Below are positions 60,810 through 64,000 of a stretch of DNA of 64,000 nucleotides, piece after piece. Source of the DNA: Desulfomicrobiaceae bacterium (GTDB lineage Bacteria > Desulfobacterota > Desulfovibrionia > Desulfovibrionales > Desulfomicrobiaceae); NCBI GenBank assembly GCA_041685265.1, contig JAWLGC010000005.1, forward strand, positions 178 to 64,177, given 5' to 3'. Positions within the stretch are counted from its first letter, which is position 1; every line of letters starts with the position of its first letter. The notes below the pieces were generated by a model, which was given only the letters and a program-made list of their open reading frames with translations, was not told the origin of the DNA and made no database searches. A program made the translations under genes and the position numbers.

Positions 60810-61658
60810 ATGTCAAAACAGTATTCCCCTTTAGAGCAGGAAATCCGGGACACTTTCGTGGCCCGGAAACGCGTCTTCATCGGCCTGATCTCGGGATCGT
60901 CCATTTTCATCTGCCTGCTCCTGATCCTGCTCTGGGTCATCCCCTTCGTGGGACTGGCCAACATCCACCCCTCTGCTCCCTGGATCCTCGGGACGCTCGT
61001 GATTGCAGCCGTTGGTGCCATTGTCTGGGGTGCTCTGGCCCTGGTCCTGAATATTCTTCTGGGCAGACCGGTGCTGTTCGCCAAGAAACTGCGCGGACTG
61101 ACCATCAAGTTGTTTCTGCCGTTGATGACCCTGCTCGGACGATTTGCGGGACTGTCCAAGCAGGAGGTCCGGGCCTCGTTCATCAAGGTGAACAATGAGC
61201 TGCTTCGAGGGGAGGGCAGGACCTATCCCCCGGACCGCATCCTGATGCTCATGCCCCACTGCATCCAAAACAGCCGGTGCAGATACCGCCTGACCTACGA
61301 CATCGAAAACTGCAAACGGTGCGGCAAATGCCCTATCGCCGGACTCCTGGAACTCCGGGACAAGTACGGTGTGCACCTGGCCATCGCCACGGGGGGCACC
61401 ATTGCCCGGCGCATCGTGGTCCAAACCAGGCCCAAATTCATTATCGCCGTGGCCTGCGAACGGGACCTGGCTTCGGGTATCCAGGATGTCTATCCCGTAC
61501 CGGTCTTCGGCGTGCTCAACCGCCGCCCCTTCGGTCCCTGCCTGGACACCAACGTGCCCCTGCACCATGTGGAATGGGCCCTGCAGCAGTTTCTGGTCCC
61601 GGCCTCCATTTCTTCTTCCGTGCCTGCATCCAAAGACGACAATGACAAAACAGCCTAA
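60810..61658 (+). CDS. DUF116-family membrane protein
   Basis: N-terminal TM helices plus 'PHCIQNSRCRYRLTYDIENCKRCGKCPI...IATGGTIARRIV...IIAVACERDL'. Sits in the fmt-rsmB position typical of DUF116. Confidence 0.7.
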   Translation: MSKQYSPLEQEIRDTFVARKRVFIGLISGSSIFICLLLILLWVIPFVGLANIHPSAPWILGTLVIAAVGAIVWGALALVLNILLGRPVLFAKKLRGLTIKLFLPLMTLLGRFAGLSKQEVRASFIKVNNELLRGEGRTYPPDRILMLMPHCIQNSRCRYRLTYDIENCKRCGKCPIAGLLELRDKYGVHLAIATGGTIARRIVVQTRPKFIIAVACERDLASGIQDVYPVPVFGVLNRRPFGPCLDTNVPLHHVEWALQQFLVPASISSSVPASKDDNDKTA

Positions 61659-62949
61659 GTCCGGGGCCATCCCCCCGGCCCGGCGCATGGCCCTGCGGGC
61701 CCTGACCATGACCCTGGGGCAGGGGAGAGACGTACAGTCCGCCCTGGACCGGGTGCTTGCCGAGTCCGACGAAGCGGACTCGGACCGGTCCCTGTGCACG
61801 GAGCTGGTCTACGGCTATCTGCGCTACAAAGGACGGATCGATTTTCTCCTCGCCTCGCGCCTGGATTCGAAGAAGCCCCTCCCGGCCAGGGTTGCCCGGA
61901 CATTGGGGCTCGCTCTGTACGAGATGCTGTTTTTGACCCGCATCCCGACCTATGCGACGGTAAACTGGGCCGTGAACGCAGTGCGAAAGGACGCGGGGCC
62001 CGGTCTGGCAAAACTGGCCAACGGGGTGCTCCGCTCCCTGAGCGACCTTCCTGCCGAGGGAGATGATCCCGATCTCTACCGGGACGACAACCCGCCTTTG
62101 GAGATCTTTCTCTCCCGATATTTTTCCTGCCCGAAATGGATCGTGACCCTGTGGTTGAACAGCTTTGGCCGGGAGCGGACGGAGCAATTGCTGCAGGGAT
62201 CACTGCGCCGCCCTCCCGTGAGCCTGCGGGTGAACTTGGCCCGGCCGGGCCATGCAGAACTTCTCGCCGAACTCATACCGGGTGGCAACTGCCTGGAAGC
62301 CAACGGCTCGGGTCTGGCGCTTTCCCGGCTTCCAGAAAACTTTTCAGAAATGGAACAAAGCGGCCAGGTCAGCCGGCAATCCCTTGCGGCCCAGAACGCT
62401 CTTGCTGCTCTGGCTCCCGAGACCTGGCCCACGCCCCTCCTGGACGCGTGCTGCGGCCGAGGCGGCAAGTCCCTGTTCCTGGCCGAGCAGGGCTACGCTC
62501 CGATCATGGCCTCGGACGTGAACATGTTTCGACTGCGCGGCCTTCTTGAAGAGCAGCGCCGACTGAACATCTTTTTCCCCATCTTCAGAGCCTCTGCATC
62601 CGCCCCGTTCCCTTTGCAGATCATGCCCCGCACCATCCTCCTGGACGTCCCCTGCTCCGGCCTTGGGGTCCTCTCCCGCCGCCCTGATTCCAAATGGAAA
62701 CGGACCAAGCGGGACCTGCGGGACCTGGAACGCATCCAGCTGGAAATTCTGGGCAACAGCTGGGCCCAGCTGCCGCAGGGAGGGAAGATCGTGTATCTGA
62801 CCTGCACCGTGAATGTACGGGAGAATGAAGAGCAGGTGGGGGCCTTTTTGAAGCGGGAGCCAGAGGCAAAGCTGGAGCGGGAGTATCGGACGCCGCTTGA
62901 TTCCGTGCTGGGAGAATTTTTCTATGGAGCGGTGATAAGGAAAGGGTGA
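61642..62949 (+). CDS. rsmB: 16S rRNA (cytosine967-C5)-methyltransferase
   Basis: ORF 61369..62949, trimmed to MTKQPK. N-terminal NusB-like domain, 'DACCGRGGKS', 'LDVPCSGLGV', 'VYLTCT'. Confidence 0.88.
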   Translation: MTKQPKSGAIPPARRMALRALTMTLGQGRDVQSALDRVLAESDEADSDRSLCTELVYGYLRYKGRIDFLLASRLDSKKPLPARVARTLGLALYEMLFLTRIPTYATVNWAVNAVRKDAGPGLAKLANGVLRSLSDLPAEGDDPDLYRDDNPPLEIFLSRYFSCPKWIVTLWLNSFGRERTEQLLQGSLRRPPVSLRVNLARPGHAELLAELIPGGNCLEANGSGLALSRLPENFSEMEQSGQVSRQSLAAQNALAALAPETWPTPLLDACCGRGGKSLFLAEQGYAPIMASDVNMFRLRGLLEEQRRLNIFFPIFRASASAPFPLQIMPRTILLDVPCSGLGVLSRRPDSKWKRTKRDLRDLERIQLEILGNSWAQLPQGGKIVYLTCTVNVRENEEQVGAFLKREPEAKLEREYRTPLDSVLGEFFYGAVIRKG

Positions 62950-63046
62950 TTGGTGATCAGACGCCACGCGGCAACAGACTCTGCGCCTGACTCACAAATT
63001 CAGACATTCAATCGCGGTCCCGGCAAGATCATCCTCCAAAATAAAA

Positions 63047-63072
63047 AGCGCCGTGGGTTCCCCCACGGCGCT
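63047..63072. terminator. Bidirectional terminator between rsmB(+) and pyrD(-)
   Basis: AAAAA, then AGCGCCGTGGG ttcc CCCACGGCGCT, then TCTTCTCTTTTT. Confidence 0.7.
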
Positions 63073-63103
63073 TCTTCTCTTTTTATCAGGCTCAAACCCA
63101 AAC

Positions 63104-64000
63104 TCACACCTGCAGACTCCCCCGGTATTCCTCAATTGAGGCAATCCCCAGCTCTTCCCCAAGCTCGGCCACTTCACCCACAAGGTTGAAAGCGAAGTCC
63201 GGACGCAGGAAATTTCCCGTGCCCACCTGGACCGCAGAGGCTCCCACAAGCAGGAACTCGAATACGTCCTCAACCGAGGAAATGCCGCCCATGCCCACCA
63301 CGGGAACATCCACGGCCCGGCAGACCTGATGGACCATGCGCAGGGCCACGGGCTTGATGGCCGGGCCGGACAGTCCGCCGACCACATTGGCCAGTCTCGG
63401 CGTGCGTCTTCTGATATCCACGGCCATGCCGCTCAGGGTGTTGATCAGCGAAAGGCAGTCCGCCCCGGCGTCCACGACGGCCCGGGCCACCACGGTGATG
63501 TCCGTCACATTGGGGCTCAACTTGACCATGACCGGAAGGGAGCCGGATTTCTTCTTGACCGCCTCCACGACCTTCGCGCCCATGGCCGGATCCTGCCCGA
63601 ATTGGACTCCTCCCTCTTTGACGTTGGGACAGGAGATGTTCACCTCCAGGGCCGCGATACCCTCTTCTCCGGCCAGCACCCCGGCCAAATCCGCGAATTC
63701 CTCGGCGGACTGCGCGTACAGGTTGGCGATCACGGCCGTTTCGCTGTGCGGCAGCCTGGGCAGTTTTTCCTTGAGGAACTGTTCCACCCCGATGTTCTGC
63801 AGCCCGATGGCATTGAGCATGCCTGCCGATGTTTCTACGATACGCGGTGTGGGATTGCCCAGACGCGGCTTGAGTGAAAGCCCCTTGACCGCGATACCGC
63901 CCAGCCTGGCCAGATCCCCGTAGCGCATGAACTCCAGACCGTAGCCGAACGTGCCCGAGGCGGGAATAATGGGATTTTTAAGCTCCAGCCTGCCGATGCG
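63104..64000 (-). CDS. pyrD: Dihydroorotate dehydrogenase catalytic subunit (class 1), with its 5' end outside the window
   Basis: 'NISCPNVKEGG', 'GGISSVEDVFEFLLVGASAVQVGT'. The reading frame stays open to position 64000 ('LKNPIIPASGTFGYG'). Confidence 0.9.
   Translation of the reverse strand, partial: RIGRLELKNPIIPASGTFGYGLEFMRYGDLARLGGIAVKGLSLKPRLGNPTPRIVETSAGMLNAIGLQNIGVEQFLKEKLPRLPHSETAVIANLYAQSAEEFADLAGVLAGEEGIAALEVNISCPNVKEGGVQFGQDPAMGAKVVEAVKKKSGSLPVMVKLSPNVTDITVVARAVVDAGADCLSLINTLSGMAVDIRRRTPRLANVVGGLSGPAIKPVALRMVHQVCRAVDVPVVGMGGISSVEDVFEFLLVGASAVQVGTGNFLRPDFAFNLVGEVAELGEELGIASIEEYRGSLQV

Overview
GC-rich (about 58-60 % by eye) chromosomal window with dense, mostly housekeeping gene content. 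The content looks like a sulfate-reducing deltaproteobacterium (Desulfovibrionales-like). This is an inference from the archaeal-type AroA'/AroB' shikimate entry, GlnN next to GlnA, and DUF116 between fmt and rsmB.

I call about 55 protein genes, two identical tRNA-Phe(GAA) genes, and several intrinsic terminators and Pho boxes. I saw no rRNA, CRISPR array, transposase, integrase or phage genes.

Main blocks, in order:
- CsoR-like repressor, PilZ, 3D-domain protein and Pho-box-controlled alkaline phosphatase.
- A membrane/lipid-themed stretch: YibE/F, DedA, then a terminator-bounded trio of an orphan 823-aa protein, a PSD-family pyruvoyl decarboxylase and an Lgt-family transferase.
- A GGDEF-EAL protein.
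- A Pho regulon block in the order pstS-pstC-pstA-phoB-phoR-pstB-phoU.
- rlpA, two tRNA-Phe genes and ptsP.
- A spermidine operon: speA, carboxy(nor)spermidine dehydrogenase, nspC, speB.
- A 12-gene aromatic amino acid supraoperon: aroA'-aroB'-pheA-aroA-tyrA | trpEGDCF | trpBA.
- glnA and glnN.
- The minus-strand genes DUF554, amidase, glmS, rdgB, a PAS kinase, a MoaD-like protein, ClC and mobB.
- hisS-aspS-def-fmt-DUF116-rsmB and a 5'-truncated pyrD.

Most interesting non-obvious signals:
1. A 37-codon leader ORF with nine consecutive aromatic codons (FWFFWYFYF) plus an intrinsic terminator in front of the supraoperon.
2. A strong internal terminator between tyrA and trpE with no visible downstream promoter.
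3. A roughly 110-nt noncoding element present in two copies 25.6 kb apart, with a partial third copy.
4. A family of degenerate heptad-periodic arrays (nnTnGCC or nnYnGTT, some in inverted arms) in three intergenic regions, plus a 15.6-copy octamer tandem repeat.
5. The orphan, PSD-like and Lgt-like operon.

All functional calls come from reading the translated ORFs for family motifs. No database search was run.
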